DNA of 64,000 nucleotides from an uncultured Chloroflexia bacterium (lineage in GTDB: Bacteria; Chloroflexota; Limnocylindria; Limnocylindrales; CSP1-4), in contig CAVVYR010000008.1 of the NCBI GenBank assembly GCA_963752475.1, positions 352,001 to 416,000 of the forward strand, read 5' to 3'. The notes beneath the pieces were generated by a model. It was not told the DNA's origin. It made no database searches and saw nothing but the letters and a program-made list of their open reading frames with translations. The translations under genes were made by a program, and so were the position numbers. Positions within the stretch are counted from its first letter, which is position 1; the number at the start of each line of letters is the position of its first letter. This document shows positions 9,051-19,305 of the stretch, piece by piece.

Positions 9051-10357
9051 GCGCCCCGGAGCCACCGCGCGCTCCAGGTCCTCAGCCGGCGCGGCACGGC
9101 CAATCGTCGGCGCCTGCGCCGTCCGGCGCGCCGCTCCAGCCAGGCATGCCGCCACCCCCAGGTCAGCCGCGAGGTGCTTCGCTGCCTGGCGCCGCCCCGT
9201 CGCAGGCCAGCCTCTTTGCGCTGCGCAAGGAGATCGAAGAGGACATCTCCCGCATCGAAGGTGAGAACAGCGAGATCGACCTGCTCATGGAGCAGGTCTA
9301 CGCCGAGATCGAGCGCTTCGAGGGCCGTCGCGCCAAGGTGGAGTCTCAGCTTGCAGCTCTCGAAGCCGCTGCCGCACCAGATCCCCAGGGACTGGCCGAG
9401 GCGCGGGACGGTCTGCTGGCGCTGACACGCCGCGAGATGCTCTTCGACGCGCAGCGCCAGGTGCTCGAAGGCAAGCAGCGCATCCAGGCCCGCTTCCTCC
9501 AGCGTCTCGTGGAGATCGACAACAGCCTCGCAGCCATGGGCGGTGGCCCTACCCGTCCGGCGCCCGTGGCATCCGCTGGGCTACGCCCGCTAGCGACGGC
9601 CGCGGGTGGCAGCGGCGCGCCGGGCATGAATCAGCCTGCCACGGTCATGCGGGGCGAAGAGGAGCTGCGCAAGGAGATCGTGCGTGAGTTGCACGACGGC
9701 CCGGCGCAGTCCATCGCCAACATCGGGATGCAGGCAGAGATCGTGGAACGCCTCGTCCAGAAGGAGGATGCCCGCGCCCTCGAGGAAGTCGAGTCGCTGC
9801 GGCAGATGGTGCAGGCGGCGCTGGCAACGACCAAGGACTTCATCTTCGAGATCCGACCGATGGTCCTTGATGACCTCGGGCTGGGCCCGACGGTTCGTCG
9901 CTTCGCCACCGACCGCGGGCAGCGATCCGGCATCAACATCGAATTCGACTCTCACGGCATCGAGGAGCGCGTGGACAGCGACGTCGAGAGCGCCCTGTAT
10001 CGATGCATCGTCGAAGCCATCGCCGGCTACATCGAGCTGCAGCCACCGTCGGTGCTGGTGCGGCTGGACTGGGGCGAGCACGAGCTCGTGTCCACCGTCG
10101 AAGGCACCTGGCCGCGCGTCGATCCCGAAGGTCAGGTCGAGGCTTCCTCGCGCTCGGTGGAGACCCCGCCGGCGCTGCTGGCGATGATGGAGGAGCACCG
10201 CTCAGCCGAGCACGAGGCCGGCCTTGCGCAACGAGCGCTGCCTGCGGCGCTGGTGGACGTCATCGGTCAGCGCGCCCGCGCGCTGGGTCTGAACATGACG
10301 ATGCGTGACGACGGACAGATCATGGAGCTGGTCGCACCCATCCGGCGCCAAGGCTGA
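9047..10357 (+). CDS. Soluble DegS-like HisKA_3 protein with a degenerate ATPase domain (pseudokinase)
   Basis: Coiled-coil N-terminus, H-box RELHDGPAQS and IRPMVLDDLGL; N, G1 and G2 boxes are absent; start overlaps the regulator stop. Confidence 0.8.
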   Translation: MSAPEPPRAPGPQPARHGQSSAPAPSGAPLQPGMPPPPGQPRGASLPGAAPSQASLFALRKEIEEDISRIEGENSEIDLLMEQVYAEIERFEGRRAKVESQLAALEAAAAPDPQGLAEARDGLLALTRREMLFDAQRQVLEGKQRIQARFLQRLVEIDNSLAAMGGGPTRPAPVASAGLRPLATAAGGSGAPGMNQPATVMRGEEELRKEIVRELHDGPAQSIANIGMQAEIVERLVQKEDARALEEVESLRQMVQAALATTKDFIFEIRPMVLDDLGLGPTVRRFATDRGQRSGINIEFDSHGIEERVDSDVESALYRCIVEAIAGYIELQPPSVLVRLDWGEHELVSTVEGTWPRVDPEGQVEASSRSVETPPALLAMMEEHRSAEHEAGLAQRALPAALVDVIGQRARALGLNMTMRDDGQIMELVAPIRRQG

Positions 10358-10371
10358 CCCGGGGGGCAGCT

Positions 10372-10438
10372 GGGTCCGAGGTCCGGGGTCCCACGACCCA
10401 GCCGGGCTATTCGCAGCGACTCCTCTCGGCCCTAGGTT
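10372..10438 (+). promoter_or_regulatory. Putative flp promoter (TTCGCA-17-TAGGTT) with two tandem upstream palindromic boxes
   Basis: -35 at 10410-10415, -10 at 10433-10438; boxes GGGTC-cgag-GTCCG (10372-10385) and GGGTC-ccac-GACCC (10386-10399). Confidence 0.5.
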
Positions 10439-10484
10439 TCGAGGCGTCAAGACCAAGCCTGACCAAGGCCAACCTGGAGGCGTC

Positions 10485-10652
10485 ATGATCCTGTCCATCC
10501 TCAACAGCCTGTCCCACGACGACGAGCGTGGCCAGGGCCTCGCCGAGTACGCGCTGATCCTGGCGCTCATCGCCATCATCGCGATCGCCGCCCTCATCTT
10601 CCTTGGTGGCGAGATCTCCGGCATCCTCAACGAGATCGGCAACAGCATCTAG
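10485..10652 (+). CDS. flp: Flp (type IVc/Tad) pilin
   Basis: ERG/QGLAEYALILALIAIIAI Flp motif, 55 aa, GGAGG RBS. Confidence 0.93.
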   Translation: MILSILNSLSHDDERGQGLAEYALILALIAIIAIAALIFLGGEISGILNEIGNSI

Positions 10653-10767
10653 ACGAACACTCGCCGGTCGACGGAGGCCGTTGACCGCGCGCACGTCGAG
10701 CCCTGGTACCGACGGCCAGCCTGCCGCTTCGCCGGTGATCGGCCACCAGGACCCGTCGCCGACTGTG

Positions 10768-10805
10768 ACGACGCCGACCCACGACGGGTCGGCGTCGTTT
10801 CTTCG
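10768..10805 (+). terminator. Intrinsic terminator downstream of flp
   Basis: Perfect 13-bp stem ACGACGCCGACCC/GGGTCGGCGTCGT, 5-nt loop, followed by TTCTT. Confidence 0.75.
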
Positions 10806-10843
10806 TTGTGAGACCCCGCTCGGCCGAGGCCCAGGCGTGAGCC

Positions 10844-11755
10844 TCAGGCCTGGTCGCTGAAGTGCGGCCAGAGCGTGAGGTCGAGGTCCGGCACCAGCGC
10901 CCGCAGGCGCTCGACTTCAGGCGCGTAGTAGTGCTTCAACAGCTCGATGTGCTCGGGCGGCACGCCGACCTTTTCGAGCTTGGACTTGTTGCGGGGTCGA
11001 GCCAACTCCTCTGCCGACAGTGGATGAGGCTCGAGACCGAGGTACTCATGCGTCCGCGCGAGCTGCCCGGCGGGGTCGGCGGCGCAGGCCTCGTACTGCA
11101 GGACCAGCAGGTGGTCGGCCGCGTACTGCTGTAGCAGCCACTCGATCTGGGTGGCGTAGAGTCCCCGCTCGATGGCGTCGGTCACGACCCGCACGCGATC
11201 GCCGAAGACGCGTGACTGGCCCGCTGCGTCCTCCTCGTCGAGGAGCCCGCCCCGATCCTGATGGCTGAGGCCGGAGATGTAGCGCTCGACGGGATCACGC
11301 AGGAGCACGATGGCCCTGGCCTCCGGCGCGGCCAACTTGGCCATCGGTGGCACCCAGGCGCAGTTCATGTACTCCGGCGTCTTTTCACCCACCAGCTTCC
11401 CCTCGGGACGAGGGAAGTAGCGGTGGTACTGCGCGATCTGCTCATCGGTCGGCCATTCCGCCCAGAGGCGATCGAAGAAGTGCAGCTCGGGACGCTGATT
11501 GGCCGGCTGCACCACGCCCGGGTGCTGCTCGATGAGCCGGAACCACCAGGTCGTGCCCGACTTCTGCGCGCCGAAGATGACGAAGTCGGGAGCTCCGGTC
11601 GTCCAGCCCTCGGGACAGGACGGATGCTCGGGCAACTTCTCGAAGACCTTGCGTCGCTGGCGGACGCTGGCCTTGTCCATGGGCTTGGGCTGGGGTGCCG
11701 GGGGCTGGTAAAGGCCCAGTCGCCTGCGCAGTCTGCGCAGTCGGATCTGGCGCAT
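10844..11755 (-). CDS. PAPS-dependent sulfotransferase
   Basis: 5'-PSB loop FVIFGAQKSGTT, ELHFFD, GEKTPEY and 3'-PB LLRDPVERYIS; start uncertain. Confidence 0.88.
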   Translation of the reverse strand: MRQIRLRRLRRRLGLYQPPAPQPKPMDKASVRQRRKVFEKLPEHPSCPEGWTTGAPDFVIFGAQKSGTTWWFRLIEQHPGVVQPANQRPELHFFDRLWAEWPTDEQIAQYHRYFPRPEGKLVGEKTPEYMNCAWVPPMAKLAAPEARAIVLLRDPVERYISGLSHQDRGGLLDEEDAAGQSRVFGDRVRVVTDAIERGLYATQIEWLLQQYAADHLLVLQYEACAADPAGQLARTHEYLGLEPHPLSAEELARPRNKSKLEKVGVPPEHIELLKHYYAPEVERLRALVPDLDLTLWPHFSDQA

Positions 11756-11888
11756 ACGGAACCTCAAGGTCGTGGTGGGGATGTGGCACGAATCATAGCC
11801 GTCACCGCCATCGCGAGGCGCACGTGGCTCCTATACCCGATAGCACCATAGTCATATCGAAGACGCGGGAAGGGGTGCCTAGGATTCC

Positions 11889-11904
11889 GGTGACACTTGT
11901 CACA
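11889..11904. promoter_or_regulatory. CRP-family-like palindrome GGTGA-N6-TCACA
   Basis: One mismatch to TGTGA-N6-TCACA; lies in the divergent sulfotransferase/cpaE intergenic region. Confidence 0.4.
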
Positions 11905-12063
11905 TCAGTCGAGGTCCTGCTCTTTGTCGACGATTCCTGCCAGGCACGTGCACGTACCACTCCGGACTACAGCCAATCGTCCTACTGGCATTAGGCCTGC
12001 CCGACGTCTACCCTTGAGCACCCGAGATGGCCGCCTGCCTTCTACGGCCCTGAGGAACCGAGC

Positions 12064-13290
12064 GTGAGTGAACAGATCCGAGTCGTCATCGTCGACGACA
12101 TCGCAGAGACCCGAGAGCACCTGACCAAGCTGCTCTCCTTCGAATCCGATATCGAAGTCGTTGGCGCGGCTTCGTCTGGCGAGGAAGCCGTCGACCTGAC
12201 GGGCAAGCTGCAGCCAGACATCCTGCTCATGGATATCAACATGCCGGGCATGGATGGCATCGCCACCACCGAGCGCATCTCGGCCACCTTCCCTATGACC
12301 TCGATCATCATGATGAGCGTCCAGGGCGAGGCCGACTACCTCCGCCGGTCGATGCTCGCGGGCGCACGCGAGTTCCTGGTCAAGCCCTTCAGCTCCGACG
12401 AGCTGACGGCTTCCATCCGGCAGGTCCACGTGCGTGAGAAGCAGAAGCGTGGCCGCATGGTCGTGCCCTCACAGGACGGTGGCGGCGACGCAGCCAAGAA
12501 GCAGGGCAAGGTCGTCACGCTCTTCGCCCCCAAGGGCGGTGTCGGGCGCACCACGCTGGCGGTGAACCTGGCCGTGGCCATGGCCGGTGAACAGCGTCAG
12601 TCCGTGACGCTGATGGACGGTTCGTTCCAGTTCGGCGACGTGGGCGTGCTGCTCAACCTGAACCCCAAGAACAAGTCGATCATCGATGTCGTGGCTGACC
12701 CGGGAAGCACCGACGAGGACCTCGTCGACACCACGCTCATCAATCACAGCACCGGCATCAAGGTCCTGCTCGCGCCACCCAGCCCGGAGATGGCTGAGCT
12801 CATCACGGTCGACCAGATCCGCCGCATGATGGGTCGGCTGCGCGAGACCAACGACTTCACGGTCGTCGACCTGTGGCCGCACTTCAATGACGTCTCGCTG
12901 GCGCTGCTGGACATGTCGGATGTGATCCTCACGGTCCTCACCCTCGAGATCACCAACATCAAGAACGTACGACTCTTCCTCGAGGTCGCAGAGCAGCTGG
13001 GCTACGGCGATCGCCTCAAGCTCGTGCTCAACCGCGCCGACTCGGCTTTCGGTATCCGTGTGGCGGACGTCGAGAACTCGGTCGGTCGCAAGATCGACCA
13101 CCAGGTCGTCTCCGACGGTCGCACCGTGGTCTACGCCCTCAACCGCGGCGTCCCGTTCGTGTGGAGCAACAGCCAGGCTCCCGTGAGCGAGGACATCCTC
13201 AAGATCTCACGAGCACTCGTCCAGGGTGACGGCTCCCCCGAAGGCGAATCCGAGAAGGAGCCGGCACGCAAACTCTTCGGGCGGCGGTGA
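12064..13290 (+). CDS. cpaE: CpaE/TadZ pilus assembly protein (REC domain plus MinD-like ATPase)
   Basis: REC domain (LMDINMP) and deviant Walker A PKGGVGRTT; lies directly upstream of cpaF. Confidence 0.88.
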   Translation: MSEQIRVVIVDDIAETREHLTKLLSFESDIEVVGAASSGEEAVDLTGKLQPDILLMDINMPGMDGIATTERISATFPMTSIIMMSVQGEADYLRRSMLAGAREFLVKPFSSDELTASIRQVHVREKQKRGRMVVPSQDGGGDAAKKQGKVVTLFAPKGGVGRTTLAVNLAVAMAGEQRQSVTLMDGSFQFGDVGVLLNLNPKNKSIIDVVADPGSTDEDLVDTTLINHSTGIKVLLAPPSPEMAELITVDQIRRMMGRLRETNDFTVVDLWPHFNDVSLALLDMSDVILTVLTLEITNIKNVRLFLEVAEQLGYGDRLKLVLNRADSAFGIRVADVENSVGRKIDHQVVSDGRTVVYALNRGVPFVWSNSQAPVSEDILKISRALVQGDGSPEGESEKEPARKLFGRR

Positions 13291-13324
13291 AGTCGTCATG
13301 GATCCTCGCTAGGGAGATGCCGAT

Positions 13325-14794
<1,470 letters not shown>

Positions 14795-14803
14795 GAGTAC
14801 GTC

Positions 14804-15820
14804 ATGGATCCTGCCGTCCTTGTCGCTCTCATGGCCGCCGCCGCGGTCCTGTTGATGTTCTTCGGCCTCTTCGGGGGTCGCCGCACCTCGCCCACGGACC
14901 GTATCGAGCAGGTCGCCGTCGCGGCGGCCGATGCGCGCAACCGCGACGGTGGCGGGTCCAACCAGCGATCGCTTCGCTCGCGCCTGTTCGGTGGCCGCGC
15001 GGCATCAGCCGCCGACCGTGCCGTCGAGCAGCGAGACTGGGGTGCCAACATGGCCCGCGAGCTGGCTCGCGCCGACCTGCAGCTACGCCCGTCGGAATAC
15101 CTCGCCATCCGCGTCGGCGCCGTCATCGGCGCGCCGCTCGTGGTCTACCTTCTGGGCGCCAGCATCCTGCCTACGCTTGCCAACCCGGTGGCCTACCTCG
15201 TGGCAGTCATCCTCGGCTGGTGGGTCCCGCGCTTCTACGTCGGCCGGCGCAAGAGCCGCCGCCTGAACGCCTTCAACGACCACCTCGCCGACACCATCAC
15301 GCTCATCGCCAACGCCCTCCGCGCCGGTGCCTCGTTCCTGCAGGCCATCGAGCTGGTGGTGCGCGAGACGCAGCCGCCCATCTCCACCGAGTTCAATCGC
15401 GTCATCCGCGAGGTCAACCTGGGCCTGCCCTTCGAGCAGGCGCTGGCCAACATGGTCCGGCGCGTGCGTTCCGAAGACCTCGAGCTGATGGCCACCGCCA
15501 TCACCATCCAGCACCAGGTCGGCGGCAACCTCGCCGAGATCCTTGACTCCATCGCCTTCACCATCCGTGAGCGGATCCGCATCAAGGGTGAGATCCGGAC
15601 CCTGACGGCCCAGCAGCGGATGTCTGGCTACGTCGTAGCCGGCCTGCCCATCTTCCTGGTCGTCATCCTCTCGCTCATCGCGCCCACGTTCATGGAGCCG
15701 ATGTTCGGGCCGCCCGAGATCCTGGGTATCCCGCTGGGTGTCATCATCCTCGCCATGGGCGGCATCATGATGCTCATCGGCTTCCTGGCCATCCGCCGCA
15801 TCGTCGACATCGAGGTCTAG
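14804..15820 (+). CDS. tadB: TadB (T2SSF domain)
   Basis: ANALRAG, QVGGNLAEIL and RTLTAQQRMS; synteny with cpaF. Confidence 0.92.
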   Translation: MDPAVLVALMAAAAVLLMFFGLFGGRRTSPTDRIEQVAVAAADARNRDGGGSNQRSLRSRLFGGRAASAADRAVEQRDWGANMARELARADLQLRPSEYLAIRVGAVIGAPLVVYLLGASILPTLANPVAYLVAVILGWWVPRFYVGRRKSRRLNAFNDHLADTITLIANALRAGASFLQAIELVVRETQPPISTEFNRVIREVNLGLPFEQALANMVRRVRSEDLELMATAITIQHQVGGNLAEILDSIAFTIRERIRIKGEIRTLTAQQRMSGYVVAGLPIFLVVILSLIAPTFMEPMFGPPEILGIPLGVIILAMGGIMMLIGFLAIRRIVDIEV

Positions 15821-15823
15821 CCC

Positions 15824-16744
15824 ATGGGTCTGCCACTCCTCATGGCGCTGCTGGCTGCCGGCGGCGTACTGCTCATCGTCTGGGCCCTGCTGGGGGCTCG
15901 CACCAACGATCCCGTCCAGGCTCGCCTGACGCAGCTGGGCACCCTCGAAGGCGTCACCAGCCTGGAGGAGATCGAGCTGCAGCAGCCGCTCATGGACCGC
16001 ACGCTGCGTCCGATGATGCGGCGCCTCTCGGGCATCGGCACCCGGCTCACGTCTCGTGAGCGCGTGGGTCGCTACGAGCAACAGCTGGCCGAGGCCGGCT
16101 ACCCGTACGGCCTGCGCACGATCGACTTCCTGGGCCTGAAGGTCGTCGCGGCCATCGTGTTCAGTGGTCTCTTCTTCCTGCTCTTCGGCGTGGCCATGGG
16201 CAACTCGGCCGCCTCGAGCTTCATCTTCACGCTCATCGCGCTGGCCGTCGGCTTCTTCTTCCCGGACTACTGGCTGATCACGCGCATCCGCGCCCGCCAG
16301 AAGGCCATCCTGCTGGCCATCCCGGACACGCTCGACCTGCTCACCATCTCGGTCAAGGCCGGCCTCGGCTTCGATGCCGCCCTGGGCAAGGTCATCGAGA
16401 AGTCCGAGGGTCCCTTGACCGATGAGTTCCGCCGCGCTCTCGCCGAAGTCCGCATCGGCAAGCCGCGCCGCGATGCGCTCAAGGAGATGGTGGCCCGCAC
16501 CAACGTGCCGGCCCTGACCAACTTCATCGGCGCCATCGTCCAGGCCGAGCAGTTGGGTGTGGCCATCGCCAACGTGCTCGAAGTGCAGTCCGAGCAGCTG
16601 CGCATCGAGCGCCGTCAGCGCGCCGAGGAGATGGCTGCCAAGGCGCCCATCAAGATGCTCTTCCCGCTCGTCGGCTGCATCTTCCCGTCGATGTTCATCG
16701 TCATCCTCGGACCGGCCCTCATCCTCATCGTCAACAACCTCTAG
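15824..16744 (+). CDS. tadC: TadC (T2SSF domain)
   Basis: PDTLDLLTISVKAGLGFD and AEEMAAKAPIKMLFPLV. Confidence 0.92.
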   Translation: MGLPLLMALLAAGGVLLIVWALLGARTNDPVQARLTQLGTLEGVTSLEEIELQQPLMDRTLRPMMRRLSGIGTRLTSRERVGRYEQQLAEAGYPYGLRTIDFLGLKVVAAIVFSGLFFLLFGVAMGNSAASSFIFTLIALAVGFFFPDYWLITRIRARQKAILLAIPDTLDLLTISVKAGLGFDAALGKVIEKSEGPLTDEFRRALAEVRIGKPRRDALKEMVARTNVPALTNFIGAIVQAEQLGVAIANVLEVQSEQLRIERRQRAEEMAAKAPIKMLFPLVGCIFPSMFIVILGPALILIVNNL

Positions 16745-16762
16745 GGCATCCGCCACAGCACC

Positions 16763-17167
16763 ATGGCCGAGGGACGCTTGCGCCTGCGACGCGAGGGTGA
16801 TGACGCCATCATCTGCCACCACCTGGTCCTGGGCGAGTCGTTCATGCAGCGCTTTCGCGGGCTCATGGGCCGAGCCTCGATGCCCGAGGGCGAAGGCCTG
16901 TACCTGCCGGCGAACAGCATCCACATGATGTTCATGCGCTTCCCCATCGATGCGCTCTTCGTGTCCGAGGCTGACACTGACGGGCGTCGCTCGGTGGTGA
17001 GCCTGCGCTCGGACCTGCCCACCTGGCGCGGGATCGTGATGCCGGTGCGTGGTGCCGAAGGCGTGGTCGAGATGCCCGCCGGCACGCTGGAGAACCACGG
17101 CCTGGCCGAGGGTGACACGGTGGTCTTCGAAAGGGCGGAACGAGCACCGGACCAGGCCCCAGCCTAG
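16763..17167 (+). CDS. DUF192 family protein
   Basis: RFRGLMGR, SIHMMFMRFPIDALF and VVEMPAG motifs. Confidence 0.85.
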   Translation: MAEGRLRLRREGDDAIICHHLVLGESFMQRFRGLMGRASMPEGEGLYLPANSIHMMFMRFPIDALFVSEADTDGRRSVVSLRSDLPTWRGIVMPVRGAEGVVEMPAGTLENHGLAEGDTVVFERAERAPDQAPA

Positions 17168-17183
17168 GTAGCCGGCCAGGCCC

Positions 17184-17216
17184 CAGCCAAGTCGCCGGAC
17201 GATCACAGCCAAGTCG
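17184..17216 (+). repeat. 11-bp direct repeat CAGCCAAGTCG x2 with 22-bp period
   Basis: Copies at 17184-17194 and 17206-17216, upstream of comF. Confidence 0.7.
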
Positions 17217-17246
17217 ATCGCGACCCGTGTCTGTCAACGTACGTAC

Positions 17247-17900
17247 GTGCGTGCCCTGCTCGATCTCCTACTGCCGCCGACGTGTCCCGGCTGTGGGTTG
17301 GAGGGTGCCCTGCTCTGCGACGACTGTGCGGCACCCTTGCGTCGGCGGGCCGACGAGCCTCCCGGCCTGCCCCTGGGCATGCCCGCGGCCATACCGCCCG
17401 GCCTGCTCCAGTTGGAGTGGTGCGCGATGTACAGCGGACCGGTGAGGGCCGCGCTCCACGCCCTCAAGTACCGGGGCCAGCGCCGCCTGGCCGACCCCCT
17501 GGCGTCGGCCTTGGCCGAGCGTTGGCGACGAGCAGGGCGCGGTGGCGACGTGGTCACGTGGGTACCGGTCCATCCGTCGCGGCGCCGCGAACGAGGCTTC
17601 GACCAGGCGGAGGAACTGGCACGACGGATGGCGGCCGAGCTCGGTCTCGCGGTCGCTCCCCTCCTCGAGCGCCGACAGCGGACGACCGCGCAGCACGCGC
17701 TGGGACAGGCAGAGCGGGCCTCGAACACCACGACCGCCTTCGGGCCCAGTCCCGTGCTCCGAGCCGCGTACGGTAACGCCTGGGCTGTTCTGGTGGACGA
17801 CATCCTCACCACCGGCGCGACGCTGGAGGGCTGCGCTGCGGCCCTCCTCGATGGCGGGGCCGGCGGCGTCTCGGCCGTGACCGTCGCCCGCGATCGCTGA
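17247..17900 (+). CDS. comF: ComF family protein (Zn ribbon plus PRTase-like domain)
   Basis: CPGC..LCDDC, ALKY, VPVH..RERGFDQA and LVDDILTTGATL. Confidence 0.92.
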   Translation: MRALLDLLLPPTCPGCGLEGALLCDDCAAPLRRRADEPPGLPLGMPAAIPPGLLQLEWCAMYSGPVRAALHALKYRGQRRLADPLASALAERWRRAGRGGDVVTWVPVHPSRRRERGFDQAEELARRMAAELGLAVAPLLERRQRTTAQHALGQAERASNTTTAFGPSPVLRAAYGNAWAVLVDDILTTGATLEGCAAALLDGGAGGVSAVTVARDR

Positions 17901-18002
17901 GCGTGGTGCGCTGGGGCCATCGGTCCCGCTTCGTAGCGTCGTCCGGACGCGGCGAGCGAGGTCGACGACGCCTATCATCGGTACTCCAATCGGATAGCGG
18001 AG

Positions 18003-18602
18003 GTGCCGTCGGTGCGAACCACGATCAGAGGCAAGAGCCTGACCGTCTCGGACAAGGACCGCGCCTACATCGAGCGCAAGATGCAGCGGCTCGAGCGTAT
18101 GCTCGATGACCGCAGCGAGGCCGAGGTCGAGTTGCGCCTCGAGGGCAATCGCAAGGTGGACGACAGCCACATCGTGGATGTCGCGGTCGACGTGGCCGGG
18201 CAACACCTCAGGGGTGTCGGAACCGCCTCGTCCTTCCGCGTCGCCGCCGACGACGTCATCGACAAGATCGAGCGGCGCGTCGTAGAGGCCCGCCAGCGTC
18301 CGCGCGACAAGCGACGCTCGCAGCAGGCGCGCTACAACGAGACGTCCAGGCCCATGGAGCCGTTCGACGTGTCCGCGGAGCCGGTCGAGGCCGATCCCGA
18401 GTCCCAGGTCGTGAAGATCAAGCGCTTCGCCATCGAGCCGATGTTCGAAGAGGACGCCATCACCCAGATGGAAGAGCTGGGGCACGCCTTCTTCGTCTTC
18501 GTCAACGCCGAGAACGAGCGGGTGGCCGTGCTCTATCGGCGCAAGGACGGCCGCTACGGCCTCATCGAGCCGACCATCGGTGGTGGCTACAGCAGCGAAT
18601 AG
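18003..18602 (+). CDS. hpf: Long ribosome hibernation promoting factor
   Basis: S30AE N-terminal domain plus C-terminal PMFEEDAITQMEELGHAFFVFVN..YRRKDGRYGLIEP. Confidence 0.93.
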   Translation: MPSVRTTIRGKSLTVSDKDRAYIERKMQRLERMLDDRSEAEVELRLEGNRKVDDSHIVDVAVDVAGQHLRGVGTASSFRVAADDVIDKIERRVVEARQRPRDKRRSQQARYNETSRPMEPFDVSAEPVEADPESQVVKIKRFAIEPMFEEDAITQMEELGHAFFVFVNAENERVAVLYRRKDGRYGLIEPTIGGGYSSE

Positions 18603-18783
18603 ACCGCGCCGGTGGCGCTCTGACGCCGGCTGAAGGGCCCACAGGGACCCCGGCCCCAGCGGTACCCCGTACCAATGGGCCACTAGCGTGTGGCGTTCAG
18701 GCACCGATGATGGCAGGGCCGCCGAACGGTGGCTACACCCGGTGATTGACCAGGTGTCCGATCACAGACGCTGACGGGGTGCC

Positions 18784-19227
18784 ATGAGCGTCCAGAACCC
18801 ACGGGCCTTCAATGAGTGGCTTCGAGCCCAGCTCAAGGCCAAGAAGATGTCTCAGCGCCAACTGGCGCAGCAGTCCGGCGTGGACCACTCCACGATCTCT
18901 CGGCTGCTCCGCGGTGACCGCACGCCCTCCCTGGGCACGGCCACGAAGTTGGCCAAGGGCCTGCGCGAGCTGCGTGACGACACCGACTCACCGCAGTACT
19001 TCGGCTTGACGTCCTCCTCGAGCACGCACCCCACCGCGCGCGTCGAGTACGCCCTTCGCTCGGACGAACTGATGAGCGAACCGCAGGTCCGCCAGGTCAT
19101 GGAGTACTACCTCGCCCTGCGCATGCGCCGCCTCTCGGTGCGCCAAACCGGCCGCTACGCCCCGGTTCGCCCGGTGGCTGCCGTCCGATCGGTTCCACGT
19201 TCGGGCGCGCCCAACAAGAAGCACTGA
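18784..19227 (+). CDS. XRE-family HTH transcriptional regulator
   Basis: MSQRQLAQQSGVDHSTISRLLRGDRTPSL HTH_3 pattern. Confidence 0.88.
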   Translation: MSVQNPRAFNEWLRAQLKAKKMSQRQLAQQSGVDHSTISRLLRGDRTPSLGTATKLAKGLRELRDDTDSPQYFGLTSSSSTHPTARVEYALRSDELMSEPQVRQVMEYYLALRMRRLSVRQTGRYAPVRPVAAVRSVPRSGAPNKKH

Positions 19228-19305
19228 TCCTCGCGGCCCCTGCGCCGCTCCTTGCGAGTCGCCTCGACCACGGCCCGGTCGCGCCTGCCCGGCGCGGTGC
19301 CCAGA

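Noticed and set aside
10358-10484. c-di-GMP riboswitch upstream of flp
   Set aside because: No GEMM-I (GGCAAA/GAAA/GACGCAAAG) or GEMM-II features; better explained as a promoter plus operator boxes
15083-17212. 709-aa minus-strand ORF, and similar long shadows such as 43221-45164, 51015-52898, 22154-23827 and 24001-25557
   Set aside because: Antisense shadows of well-supported genes; expected from high-GC codon bias, with no recognisable motifs
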